A stretch of DNA of 64,000 nucleotides from an uncultured candidatus Brocadiaceae bacterium. GTDB taxonomy: Bacteria > Planctomycetota > UBA11346. The translations under genes and the position numbers were made by a program. The notes under the pieces are model-generated. The model worked only from the letters and a program-made list of their open reading frames with translations. It was not told the DNA's origin and did not search any database. Location of the stretch: contig CAZZAM010000008.1 in assembly GCA_964652775.1 (NCBI GenBank), positions 43,317-107,316 of the forward strand. The letters are read 5' to 3'. This document shows, one piece after another, positions 47,148-57,785 of the stretch (within the stretch, counting starts at the first letter, position 1; every line of letters starts with the position of its first letter).

Positions 47148-47737
47148 AGTTGTTGCCCGGCCGGCTACTGCTGGCCTCGGGCAATGCCCATAAACTGCGC
47201 GAGATCCGTGAGATCCTCGCGCCGTTTTCCCTCGCTGTCGTTGCACCGCATGATGTCGACTACGTTCCCAACGTGGTAGAAGACGGCGATACGTTCGAAG
47301 CCAACGCGATCAAGAAAGCGCGCGCTGGCTTGGTCGCGACCGGCCTTCCGACATTGGCTGACGACAGCGGCATCGAAGCCCGCGCGCTGAACTGGCGTCC
47401 CGGCGTGATCAGCGCGCGCTACGCCGGTGAACCTTGCGACGACGGCGCCAACAATCGTAAGCTCTGCGCTGAACTCGCCACCCACAGCGATCGCTACGTG
47501 CGCTACCGCTGCGTCATTGCCTTGGCCCGCGCCGATGAACCTGACGTCACCTGGTCCGGCACATTTCCCGGTCTGCATATCGCAACCCCACGCGGCGTCG
47601 GCGGCTTCGGCTACGATCCGTACGTTTTGGTGCCAGAACTCGGCAAGACGGTTGCTGAGTTGAATAGCGACGAGAAACACGCGCGCAGTCATCGCGGACA
47701 AGCGCTGCGTGATTTCGTTGGGTGGTTGCGCGGATGA
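47144..47737 (+). CDS. rdgB: dITP/XTP pyrophosphatase (RdgB/HAM1 family)
   Basis: LLASGNAHKLREI, EDGDTFEANAIKKA, ADDSGIE and GFGYDP...ELGKTVAEL...KHARSHRGQAL. The GTG start overlaps the LysM gene stop (GTGA). Confidence 0.9.
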   Translation: MKLLPGRLLLASGNAHKLREIREILAPFSLAVVAPHDVDYVPNVVEDGDTFEANAIKKARAGLVATGLPTLADDSGIEARALNWRPGVISARYAGEPCDDGANNRKLCAELATHSDRYVRYRCVIALARADEPDVTWSGTFPGLHIATPRGVGGFGYDPYVLVPELGKTVAELNSDEKHARSHRGQALRDFVGWLRG

Positions 47738-47748
47738 ACCTCTCTGTG

Positions 47749-47887
47749 CCGCAGAGACACAGAGGGCCGCAGAGGGCCGCAGAGGAAATCACTAGCTGGA
47801 TTTCACTGAAGACACCCTCATCTCTCTCGCATCACATAATCCACCAACCACAGATTCTCGTCTCTGCCGCCCTCTGCGGCCCTCTGC
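47749..47887. repeat. hairpin (family C, CCGCAGAGG words)
   Basis: Left arm CCGCAGAGACACAGAGGGCCGCAGAGGGCCGCAGAGG (47749-47785) pairs with right arm TCTCTGCCGCCCTCTGCGGCCCTCTGCGCCTCTGCGG (47851-47887). It ends 23 nt before the histidine kinase ATG. Confidence 0.85.
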
Positions 47888-47909
47888 GCCTCTGCGGCAA
47901 AAGATAAAG

Positions 47910-49115
47910 ATGCGCCTCCGCACTCGCCTCACCATTGCGTTGGTCACTGCGCACCTCGTGTTCACCGCTCTCGCGGGTTGGATCGCGTGGTCGTGGGTCG
48001 ATCAATCGTTGCGGCAACAGGCCGAAGACAGCGCACGCGCGGTCGGACGCGTCCTCGCACACGGTGGCTTCAGTGCCGATGAACGCGTGCTGTCGCGCAT
48101 GCGCGAATTGTCCGGCCACGATTTCCGTCTGGTGAGCAGTCCCACGCCGACCCGTGCTGGCGCTGTCCTCATTACCGAGGGCACGGTGACCGTCGAGGTC
48201 GATTACCACAACGCCCGCCACGAAGCCGCGCGGCAGTTGCTGCTCAACGCGACGCTGGCAATCGCTGGTCTGGGCACGATTGCGTTCGCCGCCGTTGCGT
48301 GGCTGTTGGCGCGGCATTTTGCGCGACCGATTGAAGAACTGGGCGACATTGCCCGCCATCTTGCTGGTGATTTGACCCGCGCAGTGCCACGGATCGGCGC
48401 TGGTGAAGTACAGAGTCTTGCCGTCGAACTGGAGGCGATGCGTTGCCGCCTGGTCGCCGCCGTCGACGCCGCTCGCCGCACCGAACGCTTGGCAACCCTG
48501 GGAACTTTCGCCGCCACCGTTGCCCATGAGGTGCGCAATCCACTGACCGCAGTGCGACTCGCCGTGCAAATGCTGGCCAAGGAGCATCCCGGCGGAACTG
48601 ATCTGCCACGGATCGAAGACGAACTGGAACGTCTCGATCTCATCGTTGATGAGGTCTTGTCGTTCGCTCGCGGCATGCACTGCGAACCGATTCCTACTGA
48701 TTTGCGCGCCATTGTCGACGACGCAGTGCGTCTGCTTCGCCGCCAAGCTGATCACGCTGGGGTTGAACTGATCGTGAACGGCAACCCAACCAACGTCCGC
48801 GCCGATCCACGCCGGCTGCGCCAACTGTTACTCAACCTCGTGCTCAACGCCATCCAGGCATGTAGCGGTGGGCGTGGTAACCATGTTACGGTTTCGGTAC
48901 ATGCCGACGGATTTGCAGTGAGCGACGATGGACCCGGACTGCCGTCTGCGATTGCCGCGCAGCTCTTCGCCGCATTCACCACCGAGCGCGAAGGTGGCAC
49001 CGGACTCGGCCTGCACTTGGCGAAGGCGGTGGCCGATGCCCACGGAGCACAGCTAGTTCACCAAGCACTGAACCCTGGAACGCGGTTCGTCCTCTCCCAT
49101 CTCAAGATTGCCTGA
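47910..49115 (+). CDS. sensor histidine kinase (2 TM, HAMP, HisKA, HATPase_c); no adjacent response regulator
   Basis: H-box HEVRNPLTAV, N/G boxes (LNLVLNAIQA, DDGPGL, GTGLGL) and two N-terminal TM helices. Confidence 0.85.
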   Translation: MRLRTRLTIALVTAHLVFTALAGWIAWSWVDQSLRQQAEDSARAVGRVLAHGGFSADERVLSRMRELSGHDFRLVSSPTPTRAGAVLITEGTVTVEVDYHNARHEAARQLLLNATLAIAGLGTIAFAAVAWLLARHFARPIEELGDIARHLAGDLTRAVPRIGAGEVQSLAVELEAMRCRLVAAVDAARRTERLATLGTFAATVAHEVRNPLTAVRLAVQMLAKEHPGGTDLPRIEDELERLDLIVDEVLSFARGMHCEPIPTDLRAIVDDAVRLLRRQADHAGVELIVNGNPTNVRADPRRLRQLLLNLVLNAIQACSGGRGNHVTVSVHADGFAVSDDGPGLPSAIAAQLFAAFTTEREGGTGLGLHLAKAVADAHGAQLVHQALNPGTRFVLSHLKIA

Positions 49116-49118
49116 ACG

Positions 49119-49634
49119 ATGTCCTGGCTCACGATTATCCGTCATTGTCCGCGTTGCGGCGCCGCTCAGTCCGCCCGTGCAACCGGACCATTTCACTGCT
49201 CCGCGTGCGCTCTGGACCTGTTTGCCAATCCCGGCGTCGGCGTTGGTATCTTCGCCAGCGATGTGCAGGGCCGCGTCCTATTCGTGCGCCGCGCCAAAGA
49301 ACCAGGCAAGGGATTGCTTGGTCTGCCCGGTGGATTCGTCGATGCCGGTGAAACTGCCGAGGCGGCGTTGAACCGGGAAATCAGCGAGGAAATCGGCGGC
49401 ACGCTGGCGACGTGTACGTTCCTGTGCAGTGCGCCCAATTTCTATATGTACGCCGACGTTCCCTACGACGTGCTCGACCTGTTTTTCGCGGGCACCTTGG
49501 CACCAGGTGATTTTCAGATCGATGCCGGTGAAATCGCCGCCTGCGTGTGGCGCGAACCAGCGTCCGTGCGTGATGATGAATTTGCGTTTCCGAGTACGCG
49601 CAATGCGTGGCATGTGTACCGGAGTCGAGTCTAG
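49119..49634 (+). CDS. NUDIX hydrolase with N-terminal zinc ribbon
   Basis: CPRCG...CSAC followed by the Nudix box GLPGGFVDAGETAEAALNREISEEIG. Confidence 0.8.
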   Translation: MSWLTIIRHCPRCGAAQSARATGPFHCSACALDLFANPGVGVGIFASDVQGRVLFVRRAKEPGKGLLGLPGGFVDAGETAEAALNREISEEIGGTLATCTFLCSAPNFYMYADVPYDVLDLFFAGTLAPGDFQIDAGEIAACVWREPASVRDDEFAFPSTRNAWHVYRSRV

Positions 49635-49647
49635 AAAAACTATCCGA

Positions 49648-49739
49648 TTTATTGTCCGCAGATTTCGCAGATGACGCAGATTTCGAAGTGTGTATTTCTT
49701 GCTGCTTCGACCTGCGAAATCTGAGTAATCTGCGGATAA
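49648..49739. repeat. heptamer-arm hairpin (family B)
   Basis: Left arm TTATTGTCCGCAGATTTCGCAGATGACGCAGATTTCGAAG (49648-49687) pairs with right arm CTTCGACCTGCGAAATCTGAGTAATCTGCGGATAAC (49704-49739). The spacer is 16 nt. It lies between convergent genes. Confidence 0.85.
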
Positions 49740-49770
49740 CTCCCCTCGGGTTAGCTGAACGCCATTGGGC

Positions 49771-50430
49771 TCAAGACGGCGCTACGTTCAATACCCGTCG
49801 CGCCGCAGTTTCAGCTGCACTGATGCGCTTGGCCATGTCTTCACAACGGCGGGTCACTTCGGCGCGATCAATGTCGCCAGCGGGATAGAGCACGGGTTCA
49901 CCATAGACAACGGCGATGCGCGTGCCGGGCCAGGGCAGACAGAAGCGATCCCACGAACGGGAAAACTCCCACGCGCGCGAGGCGGCAAACCCGAACGGCA
50001 GCAGCGGAATGTGATTACGGTGCGCAATTTCGATCGCGCCGGGTTTGATGACATGCGCCGGGCCGCGCGGACCATCCGGTGCCAGCGCGAGCATCCAGCC
50101 TTCTTCTACCGCCCGCGATAGACCGCGCGCTGCACTGACGCCTCCACGCGTGCTGGAACCACGCACGGTGCGGATGCCGACGCGTTCCAGATGCGCCGCG
50201 ATCAATTCACCGTCGCCGTGCTGACTCGCGATTGCCGCAACGTGTTGGTGATGATGTGCGGCAGCGGCGAGCAATAAATGCTGATGCCAGAATACACCGA
50301 CCAGGGTTCCGCGTGGGTCGATCCGCCGCGCCGCCTCGAGGTTTTCCGTACAGCGGCGTTCAATTTTCCAGGTCGACGTCCAACCCAGCGCGAAGAGATG
50401 GACCAGCAGCCCGGGTGGCTGGATCTTCAT
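49771..50430 (-). CDS. DUF374 / lysophospholipid acyltransferase family protein
   Basis: VFWHQHLL...IASQHGDGELIA...VRGSSTRGG...LAPDGPRGP matches the DUF374 pattern. It overlaps the upstream ABC ATPase stop by 4 nt. Confidence 0.7.
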   Translation of the reverse strand: MKIQPPGLLVHLFALGWTSTWKIERRCTENLEAARRIDPRGTLVGVFWHQHLLLAAAAHHHQHVAAIASQHGDGELIAAHLERVGIRTVRGSSTRGGVSAARGLSRAVEEGWMLALAPDGPRGPAHVIKPGAIEIAHRNHIPLLPFGFAASRAWEFSRSWDRFCLPWPGTRIAVVYGEPVLYPAGDIDRAEVTRRCEDMAKRISAAETAARRVLNVAPS

Positions 50431-51422
50431 GCGCCGACGGGCGCGGCCGCCAGCTCACGCAACACGGCGACCTGAGCGCAACGAACCCAGTGCCCTGGCC
50501 CGGCTTCCTGCAGACTGATCGGTCCGTTCTCGAAAGCCGCTGCATGCGCTGGGAAACGCTGACAAAAACGCTTGGCCGAACTGGGTTCGAGCGGACTCGG
50601 TGGATCGCCAGGCAAAATGATGCGCTTGCGGCCACTGCCGGGCACGGCGCTGATCAACGCCTGGGTGTACGGGTGCAGCGGTTCGCGCAGTACCGCATCG
50701 ACCGGACCCAATTCGACGACTTCACCCAGGTACATCACCGCAACGCGCTCGCACAAATGTGACACCACCGCGAGATCGTGGCTGATGAATAGATAGCCAA
50801 CCCCAAGATCGCGTTTCAATTCCGACAGCAGATTCAGCACCTGCGCCTGCACCGACACGTCGAGGGCGGAAACCGGTTCGTCGCACACAATCAACCGTGG
50901 CTCGAGAGCCAACGCACGGGCGATGCCGACCCGCTGGCGCTGGCCGCCGGAAAATTGATGTGGCCAACGATCGTAGTCGGTCTGTCCGAGACCAACACGC
51001 TCAAGCAAGCGGATCGCGCGGTCGCGGGCACCAGCGTGATCAGCAAGACCGTGGACGCGAATCGGTTCGGCGATCGCCTCGCCAATCGGAATGCGCGGAT
51101 TGAGACTGCCGTAGGGATCCTGGAACACCATCTGGGCATGGCGACGAAAGCGACGCAGTTTCTCGGCCGGCATGGCGAGGATGTCCTCGCCCATGATCCG
51201 CACGCTGCCGGAGTCTGGCTCGATCAGGCGGAGGATACTGCGACCAAGCGTGGTCTTGCCGCAGCCACTTTCACCGACCAGGCCAAGCGCCTGGCCCTGG
51301 TTGAGATCCAGATCGACACCATCGACCGCACGGACCGCACCGACTTGCCGACCCATAAGCCCACGACGAATGGGAAAATGGCGAATCAATCCGCGTACTG
51401 AGAGCAACGGCGCCTGATCCAT
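50427..51422 (-). CDS. ABC transporter ATP-binding protein, oligopeptide/dipeptide (DppF/OppF) type; no adjacent permease or binding protein
   Basis: Walker A GESGCGKTTLG, signature FSGGQRQRVGIARAL, Walker B LIVCDEPVSALD and the C-terminal oligopeptide-ABC extension. The start is MDQAPLLSV at 51422; the track extension reads through repeat A5. Confidence 0.85.
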   Translation of the reverse strand: MDQAPLLSVRGLIRHFPIRRGLMGRQVGAVRAVDGVDLDLNQGQALGLVGESGCGKTTLGRSILRLIEPDSGSVRIMGEDILAMPAEKLRRFRRHAQMVFQDPYGSLNPRIPIGEAIAEPIRVHGLADHAGARDRAIRLLERVGLGQTDYDRWPHQFSGGQRQRVGIARALALEPRLIVCDEPVSALDVSVQAQVLNLLSELKRDLGVGYLFISHDLAVVSHLCERVAVMYLGEVVELGPVDAVLREPLHPYTQALISAVPGSGRKRIILPGDPPSPLEPSSAKRFCQRFPAHAAAFENGPISLQEAGPGHWVRCAQVAVLRELAAAPVGA

Positions 51423-51465
51423 GGGCGGAACCGTATGGGGGTGGTGGGAACGGCAAGGAGGGGAA

Positions 51466-51632
51466 GGAATGCTGGAATGCTGGAATGCTGGAATGCTGGA
51501 ATATCGAGGAAATTTGGGGATTCTCGACTCCATCGATAGCATCGAAGGATGCCACCGAACATCGGCACGTCATCGAAATCCTCAACCAAGCTCAGACTAC
51601 TGCTCTCGGACATTCCAGCATTCCAGCATTTC
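51466..51632. repeat. octamer-arm hairpin (family A)
   Basis: Left arm (GGAATGCT)x4 + GGAATA (51466-51503) pairs with right arm CATTCCAGCATTCCAGCATTTC (51611-51632). The spacer is ~107 nt. It lies between the divergent ABC ATPase and bamA. Confidence 0.85.
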
Positions 51633-51691
51633 TCATCCCCCCCAACCATACCCCTTGGGCCACCATGAAGCCCCGTTAGCATCCCGCTCCC

Positions 51692-54112
51692 GTGCGCGCA
51701 GCCCTCCTCGTCGCTCTCCTGGTCGCCTGTTCAGGCACCGCCGTCGTCGCGGCCGCAGAACGCCAAGTAACGGTGACCGAAGTCCGCATCGAGGGCTGCA
51801 AGACGGTCAATCCGGAACGGATTTCCTTCGTCCTCTCCGTTCGTGCCGGCCGCCGCTATGGCCTCGAATTCGAATTGTTGCGCGCTCTGTCTGACGACGT
51901 TCGCGCGATCATGCGGATGGGTCCATTCACCGATCCGCGACCAACCATCATTCCCGGCAGTGATCCCGACAAGGTCAGCGTGGTCATCAGCGTCGTCGAG
52001 TTGCCCTACGTCACCGGCGTGTCGTTCAAGGGTCTTGAATCCCAGTGGGGTGCCGAGGGTGAGCTGAGCAAGAAGATGGAAATAAAAACTGGCGGCTACG
52101 CCAATCCACTGCTGGTTGAAAATGACCTCCATTTGATTGAGCGTCATTTCCGCGATCTCGGTCGACGCGGCACGACAGCGCGTGCCGAAAGCGTGGCCAC
52201 GCCGAGCGGCATCGCCATGATCTTCGTCGTCGATTTACCGCCGGCCGTGCAGGTTGGTCGCGTGGCCTACCGTGGCCTGCCAGCGGACATGCGGCGACGC
52301 CGACTTGATGACATTCTTGATCGCACCCAGGTAAACCGCCCTGGTCGGGCCTGGCAACCCGAAGTGCTCGACATTGATCAGCAGGATGTGCGCCGCGCCC
52401 TACAGGACGAAGGCTGGCTTGATTGCCGACTGAATGGCATCGACGTCGAGCACACCGACTACGTTCGTCCTGCCGATCCACGTCGCCGAGGCGGACCTGA
52501 ATTCGTACCCGATGGCGCATACAATGACCGCGTGCATCTGATCTACGACCTCCAACCCGGCGAACGTTACCGTTTGGGAACCGTGTCATTCATCGGTAAT
52601 ACCCAGGCCAGTAGTGCTGAACTGCTCGAAGCCTTCGCTATCGCCACCGGTGCCTGGTATCGCAATCAGGACATCGCCCGGGGACTGGAACGGGCTCGGC
52701 GCGTCATCTCAAACCGTGGTTATGCGCGCTGCTTCCTGTCACCAGATCGTCGCCTCAATCTCGTCACCCACACCGTTGATCTGGTGGTCCGCATTGATGA
52801 AGGGCGGCCATACCGTGTAGGCCGAGTCGATATCTATGGGAATTTAGCAACCCGTGACAGCGTGATCCGACGCAACCTCTTCGTCCAGCCGGGTCAATTA
52901 TGGAATGACGATGACATCGATGAGTCGCGCCGACAGATCCTGCGTGGCGGCCTCTTCCTCGATGAGCCGCAGCACTCACTCAATGTCCGCTCGCTGTTTC
53001 CGGAAGATCGCCCGGATCAAGTCGATATCCGCATCGACCTCGACGAACGCTCCACCGGATCGATCAGCGCCTCGGTCAGTTACAGCGTCGCCAGTGGCGG
53101 CATATCCGGACGACTCTCGTACTCCGAAGATAATTTCGACCTGTGGGGAGCAATCACCGATCCCGGCAGAAAGTGGCGCGGCGGCGGCCAGCGTCTTAAT
53201 GCGGATATCTTCGTCGCGCAGACCACCAACAACCTTTCGCTCGCCTGGAGCAATCCCTCCTTGGCCGATGGTCCATACAGCGAAGGCGTACGCCTGAGCC
53301 GAACCGACTCCACCCAACGCGATTGGCAAGAGGATCGCCTGGAGGCCGCCGACACCATTGGTCGCAACTTCTTTAGGAACAATCTGCATCTTGGCTTCTC
53401 GTACACCTACAGCGACATCGATATCAGCCACATTGGTCTCGCCGCCCCTGATGACGCCACCAGTGGCCATCGCTTCCAGAACCAACTCGGCGCATCGTTG
53501 AGCTTCGACAGCTTGGATAACAGCATCCTGCCCACCAGCGGACTGATGCTGTCAGCATCAGACAACGTTGCCGGCGCGATAACCAGCGCCTCGGACAACT
53601 ACAACGAGTATCAGCTGAAATGTGATGGCTATCTGCCCCTCTTGGAAAGTGAGGACGGCGGCGTCACCTTCCTGTACCTGGGCGCTCGCTGGCGACAGAT
53701 CTCACCGATCGACACCAGCACGGCGGTGCCCTTCTATCAACGCTATCTCGGTGGTGGTCCAGCGCCGCGCTTTCGTGGTGTGGGCTACAATCAACTTGGC
53801 CCACGCGCTACCAACAAGAACGGTTTGGATTCACGTCTCGGCGGCGATCGCGATTTCGTCAGCAGCGCCGAATTATCGTATCCGGTTCTCGGCTACAATG
53901 AGAGTCTGCGCATGATTGGCTTCCTTGATGCTGGCAATGTGTGGGGCGTTGGCGAAACCGCGAGCCTCGGATCGTTGCGCTACGCCTGGGGCTTCGGCCT
54001 GCGTTTCCCGATGCAGTTCCCGATCTCACTCGACTTCGCGTGGCTGGTCCATCCCGAGCCCGGCGAGTCGAAGAGCCAAGTTCAATTCGGCTTAGGCGCT
54101 ATCCGGTTTTAG
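51692..54112 (+). CDS. bamA: outer membrane protein assembly factor BamA (Omp85 family)
   Basis: 806 aa with a signal peptide, repeated POTRA-like modules, a C-terminal Omp85 barrel (FYQRYLGGG..RGVGYNQLGP) and the terminal ...LGAIRF. GTG start. Confidence 0.85.
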   Translation: MRAALLVALLVACSGTAVVAAAERQVTVTEVRIEGCKTVNPERISFVLSVRAGRRYGLEFELLRALSDDVRAIMRMGPFTDPRPTIIPGSDPDKVSVVISVVELPYVTGVSFKGLESQWGAEGELSKKMEIKTGGYANPLLVENDLHLIERHFRDLGRRGTTARAESVATPSGIAMIFVVDLPPAVQVGRVAYRGLPADMRRRRLDDILDRTQVNRPGRAWQPEVLDIDQQDVRRALQDEGWLDCRLNGIDVEHTDYVRPADPRRRGGPEFVPDGAYNDRVHLIYDLQPGERYRLGTVSFIGNTQASSAELLEAFAIATGAWYRNQDIARGLERARRVISNRGYARCFLSPDRRLNLVTHTVDLVVRIDEGRPYRVGRVDIYGNLATRDSVIRRNLFVQPGQLWNDDDIDESRRQILRGGLFLDEPQHSLNVRSLFPEDRPDQVDIRIDLDERSTGSISASVSYSVASGGISGRLSYSEDNFDLWGAITDPGRKWRGGGQRLNADIFVAQTTNNLSLAWSNPSLADGPYSEGVRLSRTDSTQRDWQEDRLEAADTIGRNFFRNNLHLGFSYTYSDIDISHIGLAAPDDATSGHRFQNQLGASLSFDSLDNSILPTSGLMLSASDNVAGAITSASDNYNEYQLKCDGYLPLLESEDGGVTFLYLGARWRQISPIDTSTAVPFYQRYLGGGPAPRFRGVGYNQLGPRATNKNGLDSRLGGDRDFVSSAELSYPVLGYNESLRMIGFLDAGNVWGVGETASLGSLRYAWGFGLRFPMQFPISLDFAWLVHPEPGESKSQVQFGLGAIRF

Positions 54113-54114
54113 CT

Positions 54115-54134
54115 GTGGGGGCTCTTGCCCCCAC
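54115..54134 (+). terminator. GC-rich hairpin immediately after the bamA stop
   Basis: GTGGGGG-CTCTTG-CCCCCAC starts 3 nt after the TAG. There is no U-tract. Confidence 0.35.
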
Positions 54135-54184
54135 TCCCTCGCTGCCTTTGTCGCGGTTCGATTTCCTCGCTACGCTCCGAAATC

Positions 54185-54220
54185 GTAGCGGCATCGGCTG
54201 CGCCGATTGTATGCCGCTAC
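54185..54220 (+). promoter_or_regulatory. long imperfect hairpin in the bamA-gyrB spacer
   Basis: GTAGCGGCATCGGC-TGC-GCCGAT(TGT)ATGCCGCTAC has 16 paired positions with a 3-nt bulge. The function (terminator or gyrB leader element) is unknown. Confidence 0.3.
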
Positions 54221-54312
54221 CACCGCTCGGCGGCAGTGTTGTTCCAGGTGAAAGAGGCCGATTTCGCTCGCCATCTGTTAAGCTCAGCAAAGCCTCGTGT
54301 TGCCTGAGTTAA

Positions 54313-56829
<2,517 letters not shown>

Positions 56830-56837
56830 GGAATACC

Positions 56838-57260
56838 ATGGAGCTGCTCGCCGAATTCATCGTCGCCACCCCCGCCGAAGCGATCGCCTTCAACGGCGGC
56901 CGCGACATCGAAGCCGCCCTGGTCGCACGCCACAAAGGTTTCACCGAGTTGGAACTCGGCACGCTCTTCGACGCGCTCAAGGGTGCGGACCTCTATTCGA
57001 CCAATCTTGATGTCTTCGAGATCGTCCGCCAGGAAGACGAGGGCGGCGTCATGACCATGCGTATTCCCGAGGCGATGGTCCGCCTGCTCATGGCCTTGGA
57101 TGAAGAGCGCCTGATCGAAGTCGGCGACCTGTGGTCCGACAGCGACGAACTGGGCGAGCGCGATACGATCGAATTATACCGGGTTATTGGCGATCTGGTG
57201 CGCCTGTCACGACGGGCAGCGCGCGAGAACAAGGGGCTGTATGTGTGGAACGCGTCGTAG
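56838..57260 (+). CDS. hypothetical small acidic protein, tightly linked downstream of gyrB
   Basis: 140-aa ORF starting 8 nt after the gyrB stop. It is rich in Asp/Glu and Leu. No domain recognised. Confidence 0.5.
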   Translation: MELLAEFIVATPAEAIAFNGGRDIEAALVARHKGFTELELGTLFDALKGADLYSTNLDVFEIVRQEDEGGVMTMRIPEAMVRLLMALDEERLIEVGDLWSDSDELGERDTIELYRVIGDLVRLSRRAARENKGLYVWNAS

Positions 57261-57271
57261 TCGCATGAGAT

Positions 57272-57420
57272 CAAGGCAACCGCAGAGGCACAGAGGCCGC
57301 TGAGATCGCAGAGGGGAGAGGGATGTCTTGGGCATCCCACATCTCACGTGTGTAGATCGACCAGTCCCAAGAGCCTTTCTCTGCGTCCTCAGCGGCCTCT
57401 GCGCCTCTGCGGTTGCCTTG
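57272..57420. repeat. hairpin (family C words with CAAGGCAACC clamp)
   Basis: Left arm CAAGGCAACCGCAGAGGCACAGAGGCCGCTGAGATCGCAGAGG (57272-57314) pairs with right arm TCTCTGCGTCCTCAGCGGCCTCTGCGCCTCTGCGGTTGCCTTG (57378-57420). By hand, 39 of 43 positions are complementary. Confidence 0.9.
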
Positions 57421-57434
57421 GCTTGCTCGACAGT

Positions 57435-57655
57435 TCAGCGGCCCGCCTCCCGCGCGCTGTACCGATAGAGCACCAACCCTGATAAAATCTTGGGCGCGAA
57501 GAACGTACTCTTCTCCGGCATGACGATGTCGGGATTACTGCGGCCGGCGTCGGCGACGGCCATCAACTCGGCGATCGACACCGGATGCTGGGCGGTAGCG
57601 AGGTCATATTTTCCGGCATCTACTGCTTCTTTCATCTTCGCCATCTCCCATTCGG
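57435..57655 (-). pseudogene. detached duplicate of the 3' end (~73 codons plus stop) of the DUF1015 gene
   Basis: Colinear with 60673-60895. By hand alignment there are ~24 substitutions and no indels in ~222 nt. The peptide ...AEWEMAKMKEAVDAGKYDLATAQHPVSIAELMAVADAGRSNPDIVMPEKSTFFAPKILSGLVLYRYSAREAGR compares with ...AEWELAKMKEAVDAGKYDLAIALHPVSIAELMAVADAGRSNPDIVMPEKSTFFAPKILSGLVLYRHSARAAGR. Confidence 0.8.
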
Positions 57656-57785
57656 CTCAACCACCCGTGCAATAACAGATAACATACGGCAACTTTGGAC
57701 GCCTAGTTTATACTCGCCGAGCATGTACGACTCGTCGTTAGCTCCTTCGCCGCACTAGATCCACATCGTCACCACGAGGCTCACC

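Noticed and set aside
47832-48824. 330-aa ORF antisense to the histidine kinase gene
   Set aside because: It is antisense to a gene with clear H-, N- and G-boxes. Its composition is low-complexity Arg/Gly/Ala-rich.
51421-51894. ORFs translating the repeat arms (MLECWNAGMLECWN..., also 46561-46746, 9236-9559, 62816-63052, 7395-7625 and 13228-13737)
   Set aside because: The periodic peptides are a by-product of tandem 7-8 nt words on either strand. The same DNA is open in several frames, and nothing beyond the repeat looks protein-like.
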